A model generated the notes under the pieces. It was given only the letters and a program-made list of their open reading frames with translations. It ran no database searches and was not told the origin of the DNA. Position numbers and translations under genes: made by a program. A DNA stretch of 64,000 nucleotides from Clostridia bacterium (GTDB lineage Bacteria; Bacillota; Clostridia; Christensenellales; DTU072), in the NCBI GenBank assembly GCA_045601385.1, contig JAZRZM010000049.1, forward strand, positions 5,874 through 69,873. Reading direction: 5' to 3'. Below, piece by piece: positions 63,647 through 64,000 of the stretch; position 1 is the stretch's first letter; each line of letters opens with the position of its first letter.

Positions 63647-64000
63647 ATGGATAACATTGTCATTAAAGGTGCGCGTCAGCACAACCTGAAAAACGTGGAC
63701 TTAACCTTGCCACGAGACAAACTCATCGTTTTTACTGGTTTGAGCGGCAGCGGAAAATCGAGTCTTGCGTTCGATACGATTTTTGCCGAAGGGCAGAGAC
63801 GGTACGTCGAGAGTCTGTCGAGTTATGCAAGGCAATTTTTGGGGCAGATGGATAAGCCCGACGTCGATCTGATAGAGGGGTTAAGCCCGGCAATCAGTAT
63901 CGACCAAAAGACGACTTCGCGTAACCCTCGGTCGACGGTAGGGACCGTAACCGAGATTTACGACTTTTTGCGTCTTTTGTTCGCTCGTATCGGTGTGCCG
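63647..64000 (+). CDS. uvrA: excinuclease ABC subunit A (5' part only, runs off the window)
   Basis: Not in the ORF track because no stop lies within the window. ATG 63647 gives [64 protein letters not shown]..., the canonical UvrA N-terminus. Confidence 0.9.
   Translation, partial: MDNIVIKGARQHNLKNVDLTLPRDKLIVFTGLSGSGKSSLAFDTIFAEGQRRYVESLSSYARQFLGQMDKPDVDLIEGLSPAISIDQKTTSRNPRSTVGTVTEIYDFLRLLFARIGVP

Noticed and set aside
1-64000. Prophage, integrative element or genomic island
   Set aside because: No integrase, transposase, recombinase, tRNA attachment site, phage structural genes or abrupt compositional change was recognised by eye. Housekeeping genes (proS, cysS, asd, dapB, uvrAB, minDE, nrd) are interspersed throughout.

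Overview
This is a 64-kb chromosomal segment of about 50% GC. Its gene content points to an anaerobic Firmicutes/Clostridia-like, probably gut, bacterium: class III RNR, rubrerythrin, PaaK plus an ACT protein, MinDE, many lipoprotein signal peptides, and GH130/GH38/GH2 enzymes. I can support about 48 protein-coding genes, packed into long co-directional operons with many ATGA/GTGA stop-start overlaps. I recognised no rRNA, tRNA, CRISPR array, transposase, integrase or phage gene.

Gene content in order:
- PAP2 / Mrp / C_GCAxxG / PAP2, acyl-CoA ligase, minDE.
- A minus-strand operon: lipoprotein, GH130, GDPD, and a Cys/His-repeat surface protein.
- A plus-strand operon: NYN-LOTUS, glucokinase, radical SAM (TIGR03960-like), DUF2344-like, and a short RNase E/G.
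- An intergenic repeat element, then an SH3 membrane protein.
- A paaK / ACT / SecB-like / acetyltransferase operon.
- asd-dapB, then lipoprotein / proS / lipoprotein.
- S58 peptidase, rubrerythrin, GH38 mannosidase, cysS, and a polytopic membrane protein.
- An 820-bp repeat-rich non-coding region.
- nrdG, nrdD (with a fused thioredoxin-fold domain), trxB.
- A methyltransferase and a large SARP/BTAD-type regulator.
- A FecCD-type ABC importer and an RluA-type pseudouridine synthase.
- A 2146-aa and an 1106-aa surface protein, two GH2 paralogues, two small membrane-anchored paralogues, then uvrB and uvrA (3' partial).

The observations most worth follow-up:
1. A membrane-anchored protein with about 20 tandem C-x-C-x2-C-x4-H units.
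2. NrdD fused to a CPNC thioredoxin-fold domain next to TrxB.
3. The radical-SAM / DUF2344 / truncated RNase E/G module, whose stop codon sits inside an inverted-repeat element.
4. The unusual tandem repeats and the 19-bp mini-hairpin array upstream of nrdG.
5. Apparently leaderless promoter-ATG modules.
6. A SecB-like gene inside a paaK operon.

All family calls come from motif recognition by eye. No database search was run.
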